From an uncultured Spirochaetales bacterium (lineage in GTDB: Bacteria > Spirochaetota > Spirochaetia > Sphaerochaetales > Sphaerochaetaceae): 64,000 bases of DNA. Where the stretch lies: positions 165,161 through 229,160 of the forward strand of contig CASEAG010000028.1 of assembly GCA_949285785.1 (NCBI GenBank), in the 5' to 3' direction. A program made the position numbers and the translations under genes. Positions 17,891-28,265 of this stretch are shown piece by piece. The notes under the pieces are model-generated. The model saw nothing but the letters and a program-made list of their open reading frames with translations. It was not told the origin of the DNA and did not search any database. Positions within the stretch are counted from its first letter, which is position 1, and the number at the start of each line of letters is the position of its first letter.

Positions 17891-18963
17891 AGCAGATTCT
17901 CCTTTCCCGCAGAACGGGCATCGCGCAGTATTCTGGCGGAAGCCTTGAGAATGCGCTCCGTCTCCTGCCAGCCGATACAGGCGTCGGTAATCGACACGCC
18001 ATACTCCAGATGGTCCCCGATGGGCTGGCATCCTTCGTTTATGTTGCTCTCCAGCATGAAGCCGCGAATCGAGTCATCACCCCACGCAACCTGGTCGATG
18101 ACACTTCTAAGCACCCTCTTCTGACGCGTATGGTCCTTGCGGCTGTTTCCATGCGAGCAGTCGATTATTATCGCATCGTTCAGGCCGCTCTCGATGAGCC
18201 GGGCCCTGGCGGACTCGACCTCGTCCTCGTAATAGTTCGGACTGCGCTCTCCGCCACGCATTATCAGATGACACATGTCGTTGCCACGTGTCCGGTAGAT
18301 CGCACTGCGACCGTCCTTGTCCATACCGATGAACGACGCCGGTGCGCTTGCACTCCTTATGGCGTTGATCGCATTCGTCAGGTCGCCCGATGTGGAGTTC
18401 TTGAAGCCGACAGGGACGGACACGCCGCTTGCCAGATTGCGATGCGTCTGGCTTTCGGTGGTACGGGCTCCGATGCTGGCCCAGCTTATCAGCTCGTCGA
18501 TGTACTGGGGAATGATAGGATCGAGCAGCTCGCATCCCACGGGAAGGCCCATCGAGACGATCTCTATCAGAAGACGGCGTGCCTTCCTCAGCCCCTTGTC
18601 GATATCATATGATCCATCGAGATCAGGATCGAGAATGAGGCCCTTCCAGCCCACCGTGGTACGCGGCTTCTCGAAATAAGTGCGCATGATGAAGAAGAAC
18701 TGGTCCGAGAGCTCATCGCTCAGCCCCTTCAGTCTTCCGGCATAGTCCAGTGCCGCATCCGTATCGTGGATGGAACATGGACCGACGATTGCGAGCAGAC
18801 GACCGTCCTTCTTCGTGAGTATGTCGCGCACACTCTGCCTCCATGAGGCTATGCGGTTCTGCATGTCCCTGGTGACGGGGTATTCCCTGCATATGTCGTC
18901 AGGCGTGAGGAGACTGTCGATCGCCCTCACGTTCATATCGTAGCTTGGCACTTCTCGACTCAT
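17887..18963 (-). CDS. 3-deoxy-7-phosphoheptulonate (DAHP) synthase, class I alpha
   Basis: Motifs VGPCSIHD, YFEKPRTTVGWKG, SIGARTTESQTHR, GFKNSTSG, DCSHGNS and YGVSITDACI. Confidence 0.95.
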   Translation of the reverse strand: MSREVPSYDMNVRAIDSLLTPDDICREYPVTRDMQNRIASWRQSVRDILTKKDGRLLAIVGPCSIHDTDAALDYAGRLKGLSDELSDQFFFIMRTYFEKPRTTVGWKGLILDPDLDGSYDIDKGLRKARRLLIEIVSMGLPVGCELLDPIIPQYIDELISWASIGARTTESQTHRNLASGVSVPVGFKNSTSGDLTNAINAIRSASAPASFIGMDKDGRSAIYRTRGNDMCHLIMRGGERSPNYYEDEVESARARLIESGLNDAIIIDCSHGNSRKDHTRQKRVLRSVIDQVAWGDDSIRGFMLESNINEGCQPIGDHLEYGVSITDACIGWQETERILKASARILRDARSAGKENLL

Positions 18964-18985
18964 GCTGCGATTATAACCTCAAAGC

Positions 18986-20809
18986 CTACTGCTTGTCCTT
19001 ATCAGGGGCGGCGGGTTTCCTCTTCGGATACAGGAAACGCTTGATCTTCTGCGTAGCCGTACGCTCGAAGTCCTCCTCCTGAAGCTCGACGGAGTCGATC
19101 CTGTTCTGGGCCGACAGCTCCTTGTTCACTTCTCCACGCAGGGATGCGACATACTTCTTCGCCTCCTCCCGTGCCTCGTCGATGCCGATCTTGAGGCTCT
19201 TGGCCATCAGCTCGATGTCTATCTTTATCAGGGCGAGCAGACCAGTGCCCTCGGGCACGACCAGGGACTCCTGGACGAACTGCATGTTGTTGATCACGGA
19301 CTCGATGGACTCGGGATAGATGTTCTCTCCTGCAGGGCCGAGAATCATGGTCTTGCAGCGGCCCTTGATATACAGCCAGCCCTTCCTGTCGATGTATCCG
19401 AGGTCTCCGGTCCGGAAATATCCGTCTTCGGTGAACGTCTCGCTGTTCAAATCAGGGTTGTCATAGTAGCCCGGGGTCACGTTCGGCCCCTTGACCGCGA
19501 TCTCGCCGACTCCTTCCCTGTCCTTGTCCAGAAGGATCATCTCTACATCCGGATGCACCTTTCCCACAGCCGTCCTGCGATGCTGCTTCGGCCTCGGTCC
19601 ACAACCGGCCAGAAGGGGGCTGGTCTCCGTCAGGCCATAGCCGAGAGCGTATGGGAAGTGTGCACGGTACAGGAAGTCCTCCACTTCCTTGTCCAGCGCA
19701 CTGCCGCCGATTCCGAAGAACTTCAGCTTGCCACCGAAGGTGGCCATCAGCTTATGACCGATCAGCCTGGCGACGAAGTTCTTCAGCAGCGGATTGGAAT
19801 ACGCCCTGGCAAGTTTGCCATCCCCCTTGATCACGGGCGCAACCGCGGCCTTGTACACCTTCTCGATCAGGAGAGGCACGGTCTGCACGACATGCGGACG
19901 GATCTTCTTGAGGGCAGGCAGGAGGACCGATACCGCTGGCGGTTTGCCGAGGAAGTGGATCTCCAGGCCGCAGTTCATCGACAGCATCTGGCCGATCGTG
20001 AACTCGTAGATGTGGCTTATCGGAAGGATGGAGAGCACCCTCATGCCCGGTTTGACATGTATGTACTCGTAGGACGATCTGTCGGCGTTGCGCAGGATGT
20101 TCTTGTGCGTGAGCACGACGCCCTTGGAGGAGCCAGTCGTACCGGAGGTGTAGATTATGGAGGCGATGTCATCCTCTTCCAGCGGTAGTGAAGACAGCTC
20201 CCTGAGCGCGAAGCGCGTATGGGTTATGTCGATTCCCGGGAGCGTGAGGAAGTTCTTCGCATCAAGCTGTCCCCTGAGCTCAGAAGGAATATGGAAGAGG
20301 TCCTCGAGGCGGAAGACCTCGTATCCGTTCTCCAGGACGAAGTCCGCGACCGAAGCGAACTGCCGGCTCTGGGCGCAGATGCCCTTGCAGCCGGAGTCCT
20401 TCATCGCAACGATGGCCTCCTTGCCGGAGAAGCCGGGCAGAATCGGCACCGCAACGCCTCCGATCGAGGTGAGGCCCAGATAGAACATCATCCACATCGG
20501 GCTGGACTCGCCATAGATGCAGATCCGGTCGCCCTTCCTGATCCCGAGGTTCAGCAGATACTGGCTGATCGCATGGACCTTGAATGCAAGATACTGGTAC
20601 GAGAAGCTCACCTCGTCCTCTCCGCCGTAGATCGTGTAGCACAGCAGCTTTCCATAGCGTGCACTGACGGCGTCGACGAAGTCGCGGAACGTGTACCTCT
20701 TCATGCCGTACATGACCAGACCGTCATCACGCTTCACCTTGGCGCACTCCTTGAACGAATACAGCTTCGCCTTGTCCGGCGCCTTCCTTGCCTTCTTCCT
20801 GTCAGACAT
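18986..20809 (-). CDS. Long-chain acyl-CoA synthetase (AMP-binding)
   Basis: Motifs IYTSGTTGSSKGV, GYGLTETSP, FRTGDLG and GENIYPESIE. GGAGG precedes the ATG at 20809. Confidence 0.9.
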   Translation of the reverse strand: MSDRKKARKAPDKAKLYSFKECAKVKRDDGLVMYGMKRYTFRDFVDAVSARYGKLLCYTIYGGEDEVSFSYQYLAFKVHAISQYLLNLGIRKGDRICIYGESSPMWMMFYLGLTSIGGVAVPILPGFSGKEAIVAMKDSGCKGICAQSRQFASVADFVLENGYEVFRLEDLFHIPSELRGQLDAKNFLTLPGIDITHTRFALRELSSLPLEEDDIASIIYTSGTTGSSKGVVLTHKNILRNADRSSYEYIHVKPGMRVLSILPISHIYEFTIGQMLSMNCGLEIHFLGKPPAVSVLLPALKKIRPHVVQTVPLLIEKVYKAAVAPVIKGDGKLARAYSNPLLKNFVARLIGHKLMATFGGKLKFFGIGGSALDKEVEDFLYRAHFPYALGYGLTETSPLLAGCGPRPKQHRRTAVGKVHPDVEMILLDKDREGVGEIAVKGPNVTPGYYDNPDLNSETFTEDGYFRTGDLGYIDRKGWLYIKGRCKTMILGPAGENIYPESIESVINNMQFVQESLVVPEGTGLLALIKIDIELMAKSLKIGIDEAREEAKKYVASLRGEVNKELSAQNRIDSVELQEEDFERTATQKIKRFLYPKRKPAAPDKDKQ

Positions 20810-21560
20810 CGTAGCCTCCATAGGTTCTTCCCCTTTCACATATGGTGACACCGTCACGCCCCTCGTAAAGTCTTCCGACGGCTTCGACGCTGTTGTTGTT
20901 CTCCGAGAGGTGGATGAGGAAGACCTTCCTGTCCAGAGCCTCGGCACGGGACAGGAAGTCCCTCGCCTGCGTATTGGACATGTGACCTCTCGGACCATCT
21001 ATGCGTCGCTTGAGGAATGACGGGTAGCCCCCGTTCTCAAGCATGGTCTCATCGTAGTTGCTCTCGACGAAGAGTACATCGCAGCCTCTTGCAAGGCTGA
21101 TGCTCTCCTCGCTGAAAAGCCCCGTATCGGTCATGAGGAAGAACGACACGGATGGTGTGGCTATATGATAACCCGCGCTTCCAGCGCTGTCATGGCTTGT
21201 TCTGAACGGTGTGAGCGTGAAATCTCCACTGACAAGGGTGTCTCCGAAGTCGAAGACATCCACATCCCCCCTTCCCAGGCCGAGCCTGTTGAAGATGCAC
21301 TCGTCGCTGTCCATGCATTGCCGCGATGCATGGACCCTCGCCCCAAGTCTGCGGCACAGCACGCCAAGCCCCTTGCTGTGGTCAGGATGCATGTGGGTGA
21401 CATACACGTCGCTGACGGAGTCGACCGGTATCTGCACATCCTCCAGCCGCCGCCTGAGTCCCGTTAGGGTCAATCCGTCGTCGACGAGAATCGTCCTTTC
21501 ACCATCGCTGAAGGCATAGCAGTTCCCGCAGCTCCCGCTCGTAAGCACGGCATACCTCAT
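20802..21560 (-). CDS. MBL-fold metallo-hydrolase (YycJ/WalJ-like)
   Basis: Motifs SGSCGNC, THMHPDHSKG, TSHDS, TDTG, ESNYD, GHMSN and HLSENNN. Confidence 0.9.
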   Translation of the reverse strand: MRYAVLTSGSCGNCYAFSDGERTILVDDGLTLTGLRRRLEDVQIPVDSVSDVYVTHMHPDHSKGLGVLCRRLGARVHASRQCMDSDECIFNRLGLGRGDVDVFDFGDTLVSGDFTLTPFRTSHDSAGSAGYHIATPSVSFFLMTDTGLFSEESISLARGCDVLFVESNYDETMLENGGYPSFLKRRIDGPRGHMSNTQARDFLSRAEALDRKVFLIHLSENNNSVEAVGRLYEGRDGVTICERGRTYGGYDV

Positions 21561-21886
21561 GACTCGGCCTCCAGGAAAGCCTGGTCATATCCAAGAGCCA
21601 CCCTGCCCCGTGAACGGAGAATCGGGGTGATGAACAGCTCGTTGTGCTCCATCAGCTCCTCGGCCGCATCATAATCCATGTATTGCAGCCCTTTGCGTCT
21701 ATAGTAGGCGCTGTCCACATTCACGCACTCCTCAGGCTGGAAATGCTGGAATATGTTCGCGATCTCGCCTTTGGACAGGCTTCTCTCGCCGAGGTCGACG
21801 AACTGGTACTCAGCCCGTCTCTCCTTCATGTATCTTATGGCCTTCTTCGTGTCGTTGCATGAGCGCAGCCCGATGATCTGGATCAT
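21557..21886 (-). CDS. ArsC/Spx (YffB-like) family protein
   Basis: Motifs GLRSCNDTKKAIRYMKER and FITPILR. Confidence 0.8.
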   Translation of the reverse strand: MIQIIGLRSCNDTKKAIRYMKERRAEYQFVDLGERSLSKGEIANIFQHFQPEECVNVDSAYYRRKGLQYMDYDAAEELMEHNELFITPILRSRGRVALGYDQAFLEAES

Positions 21887-22090
21887 ATGACAAAATATTG
21901 ACAAAAGGGGCTGGATTGTCAATTTGTGACACTGTCTTCACACATGGTGAATTTTCACCATCACCCCTTCCGGCCGATGGTTGCATTGCACCAGAGCGTC
22001 TGATTGCCGTCCTGAGACTATCTTGCATACAAACTGGAAAGAAACTAGGATTCCATATCATATTTCAAAACACTTCAAGGAGATTGTTTC

Positions 22091-23473
22091 ATGAAGGAGA
22101 GAATCAAGCAGATTCTATCGCGTCAGCCTGGTGACGAGGTCATCAGCGTCGAAGGATGGGTCAGGACCAAGCGTGACAGCAAGAACGTGTGCTTCCTGGA
22201 GATCAACGACGGATCCACGGTAAAGGGCCTTCAGGCCGTCGTGGACAAGGCTTCCTTCGGTAACGAGAATCTCCTTGGCGAAGTCACGACCGGTGCGGCT
22301 GTGAGATGTACAGGACGTCTGGTCGCGAGCCAGGGACAGGCACAGAGCGTCGAGCTCGCCCTCGAGACCCTCGAGATCGTCGGCACCTGTCCTTCCGACT
22401 ACCCTCTGCAGAAGAAGCGGCATACGATAGAGTTCCTGCGCGAGATAGCCTATCTCAGACCAAGGACGAACCTCATCGGTGCGGTCATGCGCGTCAGAAG
22501 CACGCTGGCCTATGCGATACACACCTTCTTCCAGGAAAGGGGATTCGTCTATGTCAACACGCCACTGATCACGACAAGCGACTGCGAGGGTGCCGGCGAG
22601 ACGTTCCAGGTCACCACGCTCGACCTTGCGAACGTGCCGGTGGGAAAGGACGGAGTCGACTATTCCAAGGACTTCTTCGGCAAGAAGGCATCCCTCACCG
22701 TGAGCGGTCAGCTCGAGGGCGAGTCCTATGCGCTTGCGCTCAAGGACATCTACACCTTCGGTCCGACCTTCCGCGCAGAGAACAGCAACACGACCCGGCA
22801 TCTTGCGGAGTTCTGGATGGTCGAGCCCGAGATGGCCTTCTGCGATATCGAGCTTGACGAGGAGGTCGCGGAGAGCTTCCTCAAGTACATCTTCCGGTAT
22901 GTGCTGGACAAGTGCCCCGAGGAGATGGCCTTCTTCGACTCTTTCGTCCTCAAGGGCAACATCGACACGCTCAGACACGTGATCGATACGCCGTTTGCCA
23001 GAATGACGTACACGGATGCCATCAAGGAGCTGGAGAAGGTCAACGACCAGTTCGACTTCCCGGTCCACTGGGGCAGCGACATCCAGACCGAACATGAGAA
23101 GTACCTCACCGAAGTTGTCTGCAAGCGCCCTGTCATCGTCACCGACTATCCGAAGGAGATCAAGGCCTTCTACATGAAGATGAACGAAGACGGCAGGACT
23201 GTGCGCGGCATGGACGTGCTCGTCCCACGTCTTGGCGAGATAATCGGAGGGTCTGAGAGAGAGGCCGACTACGACAGGCTGCTTGGCCGTATCGTCGAGC
23301 TCGGTCTGAATCCGGATGACTACAGATGGTATCTGGAGACAAGGCGTTTCGGCAGCGTCCCGCATGCCGGTTTCGGACTCGGCTTCGAAAGGGCTGTGCA
23401 GTACGTGACCGGTGTGGCCAACATCCGTGACGTCATCCCCTTCCCGAGATACGTCAAGAGCGCGGACTTCTAG
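22091..23473 (+). CDS. asnS: Asparaginyl-tRNA synthetase
   Basis: Motifs GWVRTKRDSK, DCEGAGETF, TVSGQLEGE, FRAENSNTTRHLAEFWMVEPE and GFGLGFER. Confidence 0.95.
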   Translation: MKERIKQILSRQPGDEVISVEGWVRTKRDSKNVCFLEINDGSTVKGLQAVVDKASFGNENLLGEVTTGAAVRCTGRLVASQGQAQSVELALETLEIVGTCPSDYPLQKKRHTIEFLREIAYLRPRTNLIGAVMRVRSTLAYAIHTFFQERGFVYVNTPLITTSDCEGAGETFQVTTLDLANVPVGKDGVDYSKDFFGKKASLTVSGQLEGESYALALKDIYTFGPTFRAENSNTTRHLAEFWMVEPEMAFCDIELDEEVAESFLKYIFRYVLDKCPEEMAFFDSFVLKGNIDTLRHVIDTPFARMTYTDAIKELEKVNDQFDFPVHWGSDIQTEHEKYLTEVVCKRPVIVTDYPKEIKAFYMKMNEDGRTVRGMDVLVPRLGEIIGGSEREADYDRLLGRIVELGLNPDDYRWYLETRRFGSVPHAGFGLGFERAVQYVTGVANIRDVIPFPRYVKSADF

Positions 23474-23916
23474 ACCGACAGGTGCACAAGCGCCCATGAC
23501 CTCAGCTGCTCGGCAGACTCCAGATCGAGTTTGCCGAGTATTCTTTTAAGCATCTTGTAGTAGCCGCTTCTTGATAGCGAGAGGTCGTGGCAGGTCTTCT
23601 TCACCACATCGTCGTTGACGACATGAGCGATGAATTCGTTCTCCTTCCCCGTCAGATACAGCCCTGACGGACTGGATACGATATCATCCTCGACTTCGGC
23701 GTTCCTGCTGTCCTGGAGAATCAGGTAGACGCAGTATTCCCTGCTCAGGGCGTTGAGGAAACCACCCACCTTCTTCAGCTCCGATTCACGCGTGATGCCG
23801 ATGGCGACCGTGTTGACCATCCGTCGGCTCGCACTCTCCAGCATGGTGCAACGATAGCCGGACTCCTCTATGAAATCCTTGGCCTTTGGATTCGAGAATA
23901 CATGGAATCTGATCAT
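23470..23916 (-). CDS. Hypothetical protein with probable C-terminal LuxR-like HTH
   Basis: C-terminus KKTCHDLSLSRSGYYKMLKRILGKLDLESAEQLRSWA. Confidence 0.45.
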   Translation of the reverse strand: MIRFHVFSNPKAKDFIEESGYRCTMLESASRRMVNTVAIGITRESELKKVGGFLNALSREYCVYLILQDSRNAEVEDDIVSSPSGLYLTGKENEFIAHVVNDDVVKKTCHDLSLSRSGYYKMLKRILGKLDLESAEQLRSWALVHLSV

Positions 23917-23973
23917 GCACAGTGATACCAGATCTGGAAGTTGTTTGTTTCAAACATAATAATACATGCCGAA

Positions 23974-24501
23974 TCAGGTATGACTTGTGAGAATCCTGTC
24001 AAGACAATTCGCGAATTCCTCTAGCTGCTTCTGGGAGAACGGACGCGTCCTCTCGTCAAAGACCCTCATCTCCCTCAGGGCTCCGTTGACGTCGCGTTCG
24101 CCGAGTCGGGCACGGATGTCATCCTTCGTGTAGCGCCCACCCCTGTCGTCCATGGCCTGTGCCCCCTTCTCTATCGCCCTGGCAAGCAAGGGGATGTCGT
24201 GGCTTATCACAAGCGCATCCTCGTCGGCAAGCTCAACGATCCTGTCATCGGCCGCATTCGTCCCGCTCTCCACGACAACCATGGAGACGGTGCTGCGTAT
24301 GCGTCTTATCTCCTCACGGTCGAGACTGTCCCGCAATGGAGCTCTGAGGGATGCGGTATGCTCCCTGATGGCGGCATCGACGTCACCCAGTCTCCTATCG
24401 GCGACGAATACGGTCTCGATGTTCTCCTTGACGGCCCTTCGCAATATGATTGCACGTTGCCTGACAGGCATCGAATCGGCATCGACGAGTATCCTTGGCA
24501 C
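23974..24501 (-). CDS. YaiI/YqxD (DUF188) family protein
   Basis: Motifs ILVDADSMP, AADDRIV, VISHDIPLLARAI and DDRGGRY. GTG start with AGAGGA upstream. Confidence 0.8.
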   Translation of the reverse strand: MPRILVDADSMPVRQRAIILRRAVKENIETVFVADRRLGDVDAAIREHTASLRAPLRDSLDREEIRRIRSTVSMVVVESGTNAADDRIVELADEDALVISHDIPLLARAIEKGAQAMDDRGGRYTKDDIRARLGERDVNGALREMRVFDERTRPFSQKQLEEFANCLDRILTSHT

Positions 24502-24557
24502 TTTGCTTTTTCCTCTATCCACTGTAGGATATGAAGAGAATATCATCCAAGGAGACA

Positions 24558-26219
24558 ATGATGTCAATTTCACCACTTCAGAAAGCTCGCCTGGGCTACC
24601 AGCCAAAGCTTCCGCTCATCCTCCAGAACGACATCCATCAGGTTGCGGTCAAGTACGGCAAGGAGACCGAGAGCGTCAGCGACCAGGCGAAGATCAAGGC
24701 GATGTTCCCCAACACCTATGGCATGAAGGAGATATCTTTCGAGAAGGCGCCCAGCACGGCCTCGGACAAGCGGCAGGTCGTCGGTGTGATACTCTCCGGT
24801 GGACAGGCCCCTGGCGGACACAACGTGATAACCGGATTGTATGATGCCCTCAAGAAGGCGGACAGGAACAATGTCCTTCTCGGGTTCAAGGGTGGTCCCA
24901 GCGGTCTGATCGACGACAAGTATGTCGAGTTCACCGACGAGTTCATCGACCAGTACAGGAACACAGGAGGATTCGACATCATCGGATCCGGACGCACGAA
25001 GCTCGAGACCGTCGAGCAGTTCAAGGTCGTCGAATCCGTCGCGAAGAAACACGGACTTACGGCGATAGTGATCATCGGAGGCGATGACTCCAACACCAAT
25101 GCGGCCGTCCTCGCGGAGTATTTCGCGGCGAACGGCAGCGGAATCCAGGTGATCGGCTGTCCCAAGACGATCGACGGAGACCTGAAGAACGACGTCATCG
25201 AGACCAGCTTCGGATTCGATACCGCGTGCAAGACATACAGCGAGCTTATCGGCAACATCGAGCGCGATGCGAACTCCGCGAAGAAGTACTGGCACTTCAT
25301 CAAGGTCATGGGACGTTCGGCAAGCCACATCGCACTGGAGTGCGCTCTCGAGTGCCAGCCGAACATCTGCCTCATCGGCGAAGAGGTCGAGGCGAAAAGA
25401 CAGAGCATGATGGACATCGTCAACCATATCGCTGATGTCGTCTCGGCAAGAGCGGACAAAGGCGACGACTTCGGCGTCGTGATCGTCCCGGAGGGCCTGA
25501 TCGAGTTCATACCCGAGGTGAAGACCCTCATCGGCGAGATCAACGACCTGCTTGCAGCATGGGAGGTCGAATACTCCTCGCTGACGACCTTCGACCAGCA
25601 GTATTCGTTCATCATGGAACGCCTGACCAGCAACAGCGGCTCCGTGTTCTCGTCTCTCCCCGTCGACATCCAGAAGCAGCTGCTGATGGACCGCGACCCG
25701 CACGGTAACGTCCAGGTCAGCCGCATCGAGACCGAGAAGCTCCTGATCACGATGGTTTCGAAGGTGCTTGCCGACAGAAAGGCCAAGGGAGCATACAAGG
25801 GCAAGTTCAGCGCACTAAGCCACTTCTTCGGCTACGAGGGCCGCTGCGCATTCCCGTCCAACTTCGATGCGGATTACTGCTATTCGCTGGGATACAACGC
25901 GTTCCTCCTGATCGCCAATGGTGTGACCGGCTACATGTCAGTCGTCAACGGACTGAGCAAGGGACCGGCGGCATGGCAGGCAGGTGGCATCCCGATAACG
26001 AAGATGATGAACATGGAGCGCCGTCACGGCGAGGACAAGCCTGTCATCAGAAAGGCGCTCGTGGAGCTCGACGGAAGACCGTTCAAGTACTTCGAGAGCC
26101 AGAGGGCGACCTGGGAGGTCGAGACATGCTTCACCTTCCCCGGTGCAATCCAGTACTACGGCCCTGAAGAGGTGTGCGACAACACAACCAGGACGCTTGC
26201 ACTGGAGCAGGAGAAGTAA
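24558..26219 (+). CDS. pfp: Pyrophosphate-dependent phosphofructokinase (long clade)
   Basis: Motifs [35 protein letters not shown] and FGYEGR. Confidence 0.95.
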   Translation: MMSISPLQKARLGYQPKLPLILQNDIHQVAVKYGKETESVSDQAKIKAMFPNTYGMKEISFEKAPSTASDKRQVVGVILSGGQAPGGHNVITGLYDALKKADRNNVLLGFKGGPSGLIDDKYVEFTDEFIDQYRNTGGFDIIGSGRTKLETVEQFKVVESVAKKHGLTAIVIIGGDDSNTNAAVLAEYFAANGSGIQVIGCPKTIDGDLKNDVIETSFGFDTACKTYSELIGNIERDANSAKKYWHFIKVMGRSASHIALECALECQPNICLIGEEVEAKRQSMMDIVNHIADVVSARADKGDDFGVVIVPEGLIEFIPEVKTLIGEINDLLAAWEVEYSSLTTFDQQYSFIMERLTSNSGSVFSSLPVDIQKQLLMDRDPHGNVQVSRIETEKLLITMVSKVLADRKAKGAYKGKFSALSHFFGYEGRCAFPSNFDADYCYSLGYNAFLLIANGVTGYMSVVNGLSKGPAAWQAGGIPITKMMNMERRHGEDKPVIRKALVELDGRPFKYFESQRATWEVETCFTFPGAIQYYGPEEVCDNTTRTLALEQEK

Positions 26220-26249
26220 GACGGGAACCGACAGGTTCGACATCGCTGG

Positions 26250-26280
26250 AAGGCCGGGGACACGATCTCCGGCCTTTCAT
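26250..26280 (+). terminator. Putative terminator after pfp
   Basis: AAGGCCGGGGA/TCTCCGGCCTT stem, then TCATATT. Confidence 0.55.
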
Positions 26281-26527
26281 ATTGCAGAACCTTCCTCCAC
26301 GAAAATGTCCTGGCGTACCAGCTTCAGGTGCAAGTGCGATGAAGCGGCATTGTCACGTCGTTTGTCGGCAGAAACTGGAGAGTGGAACGGAAAAAGTCCC
26401 TGTCATATGCCGTTTTTGTTAGAAATCTCCATTCCGTATCAGGCATCGCCCATAGGCTATCGGAAAAGATGCTGGATTCTGATAATATACCCAGCAGAGA
26501 AATACCTTCATCGGGGGAGAGAGGTAG

Positions 26528-27619
26528 ATGACGACACAGGACTTCTATCACAATGATGGCCTGAGTGCCATGGATGCGCGCTTCGAGGCGCAGAAGATCG
26601 CATTCGCACCATATGTATTCCAGGCAGCCAGGGCGATGATCGATCTTGGGGTTCTTGCATCGCTCTCAAGATGCGGAGACAAGGGCCTGTCGCTTGAAGA
26701 GATAGAGGCCGAGTGCGGAATATCCGAATACGGTGCGAGGATCCTGACGGAAGCCGGCCTTGGAATCGGCGCGATAAAGCTGAATGACGAAGACAGGTTC
26801 GTCATCGGCAAGATCGGATGCTTCCTGGCAGACGATGCGCTCACGAGAATCAACATCGACTTCATGCAGGACATCTGCTATGAAGGGGCCGCAAAGCTCG
26901 AGGAGAGCATCCAGACCGGAAAGCCCTGTGGACTGAAGGCGTTCGGAGAGAACTGGAATACCATCTACGAAGCCCTCTCGTCTCTGCCTGAAAGGGCAAA
27001 GAGGAGCTGGTTCGCCTTCGACCACAACTATTCCGACAACATTTTCCCTGAAGTGCTCGACATCGTATTCGACCGGCCTGTAGCCGAACTGTATGACATC
27101 GGCGGCAACACCGCCCGCTTCGCCATGACCTGTGCAAGACATGACAAGGACGTCCACGTCACGATCATAGATCTGCCAGGCCAGTGCCGGATGGCACAGG
27201 AGAACATCGCGGCAAACGGGCTGGAACAGAGAATCTCCACTCATGCGGCGAACATGCTCGAACCTACCGGGCTGCCTTCACATGCCGACGTCATCTGGAT
27301 GAGCCAGTTCCTCGACTGCTTCTCTCCTGAGGAGATCACGTCCATCAGCAGAAAGGTCGCCTCGGCCGCCACGGATTCGACCAGGATCTTCGTCCTAGAG
27401 CCACTGACCGACCAGCAGAAGCATCTGGCCGCGACATTCTGCCTGCAGCAGACAAGCCTCTACTTCACGACGATGGCAAACGGCAACAGCAAGATGTATT
27501 CATTCGCGGAGATAGTCCCGGCCATCGAGGCCGGAGGCCTGAGATACGTGGGATCGCATCAGAATCTCGGAATCTACAGCTATACATTACTTGAATTCAG
27601 GAAGAGAGATGAGAATTGA
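26528..27619 (+). CDS. SAM-dependent O-methyltransferase (ApeB-like)
   Basis: N-terminal dimerisation domain (EAQKIAFAPYVFQAAR), LYDIGGNTARFA, IDLPGQ and WMSQFLDCFS. Confidence 0.85.
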   Translation: MTTQDFYHNDGLSAMDARFEAQKIAFAPYVFQAARAMIDLGVLASLSRCGDKGLSLEEIEAECGISEYGARILTEAGLGIGAIKLNDEDRFVIGKIGCFLADDALTRINIDFMQDICYEGAAKLEESIQTGKPCGLKAFGENWNTIYEALSSLPERAKRSWFAFDHNYSDNIFPEVLDIVFDRPVAELYDIGGNTARFAMTCARHDKDVHVTIIDLPGQCRMAQENIAANGLEQRISTHAANMLEPTGLPSHADVIWMSQFLDCFSPEEITSISRKVASAATDSTRIFVLEPLTDQQKHLAATFCLQQTSLYFTTMANGNSKMYSFAEIVPAIEAGGLRYVGSHQNLGIYSYTLLEFRKRDEN

Positions 27620-28265
27620 CGAATTCGCCCTCTGGGCACCGGGGATCGAGACACAGGATGACTGGATGCAATGGTATCATGGCGAGAAGGCCATCGAAGA
27701 TTCGAAGGCAAGCCCCAGGCTGGATTTCGTCTCGCCCCTTGCAGTCAGGCGACTGAGCCAGCTGACGAAAATGACCTGCCACGCCTTCCACCTGCTGTAC
27801 AGGGAGGATGTGGAGGCATTGTACTTCTCCTCGGTGCGTGGGGAGATATCGATCCAGTATGACATCGATGCGGCATATGCCAGAGACCACGAGCTCAAGC
27901 CGGCCACATTCGCCATTTCGGTGTTCAACACGGCACCTGCCCAGGCCACCATACTCTGCAAGACACAGATCCCATACACTCCGCTGTATTCGGGGCAGGA
28001 GAACGTGATCGGGAATCTCTGGAAGGTCTCCACATCATCGATCAGAGCCGGCAGAATGAAGAAGGTCATGCTGGTCTACGCCGAGGAGAGGACTCCGGAC
28101 GAATACAGGAACAACCTCGACTACAGTCTGCTACCTCCGATGTACATCGCCTTGACGGTGGATGCACAGGAAGGAGAGGAGCCTGATGAGGCCGCCCTGT
28201 CATCGCCACAGGCATTCGCTCGATACCTGCTGTCCAGCAGGAGGGAGTCATGGGTCACAGGATAA
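27609..28265 (+). CDS. Beta-ketoacyl synthase chain-length factor (ApeC-like)
   Basis: Motifs RRLSQLTKM, FSSVRGE, FAISVFNTAPAQ and MLVYAEE. Short KS-like protein with no catalytic Cys motif. Confidence 0.8.
   Translation: MRIDEFALWAPGIETQDDWMQWYHGEKAIEDSKASPRLDFVSPLAVRRLSQLTKMTCHAFHLLYREDVEALYFSSVRGEISIQYDIDAAYARDHELKPATFAISVFNTAPAQATILCKTQIPYTPLYSGQENVIGNLWKVSTSSIRAGRMKKVMLVYAEERTPDEYRNNLDYSLLPPMYIALTVDAQEGEEPDEAALSSPQAFARYLLSSRRESWVTG

Noticed and set aside
21887-22090. T-box leader before asnS (also checked before metG and asnA)
   Set aside because: No TGGNACC T-box or antiterminator was seen, and the other two leaders are short.
12994-26378. AAACTGG seen in four intergenic regions (12994, 15007, 22031, 26372)
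   Set aside because: A post-hoc 7-mer at inconsistent positions relative to genes, compatible with chance.
26281-26527. Riboswitch or sRNA upstream of the methyltransferase
   Set aside because: No cobalamin or SAM consensus and no convincing stems beyond the pfp terminator.
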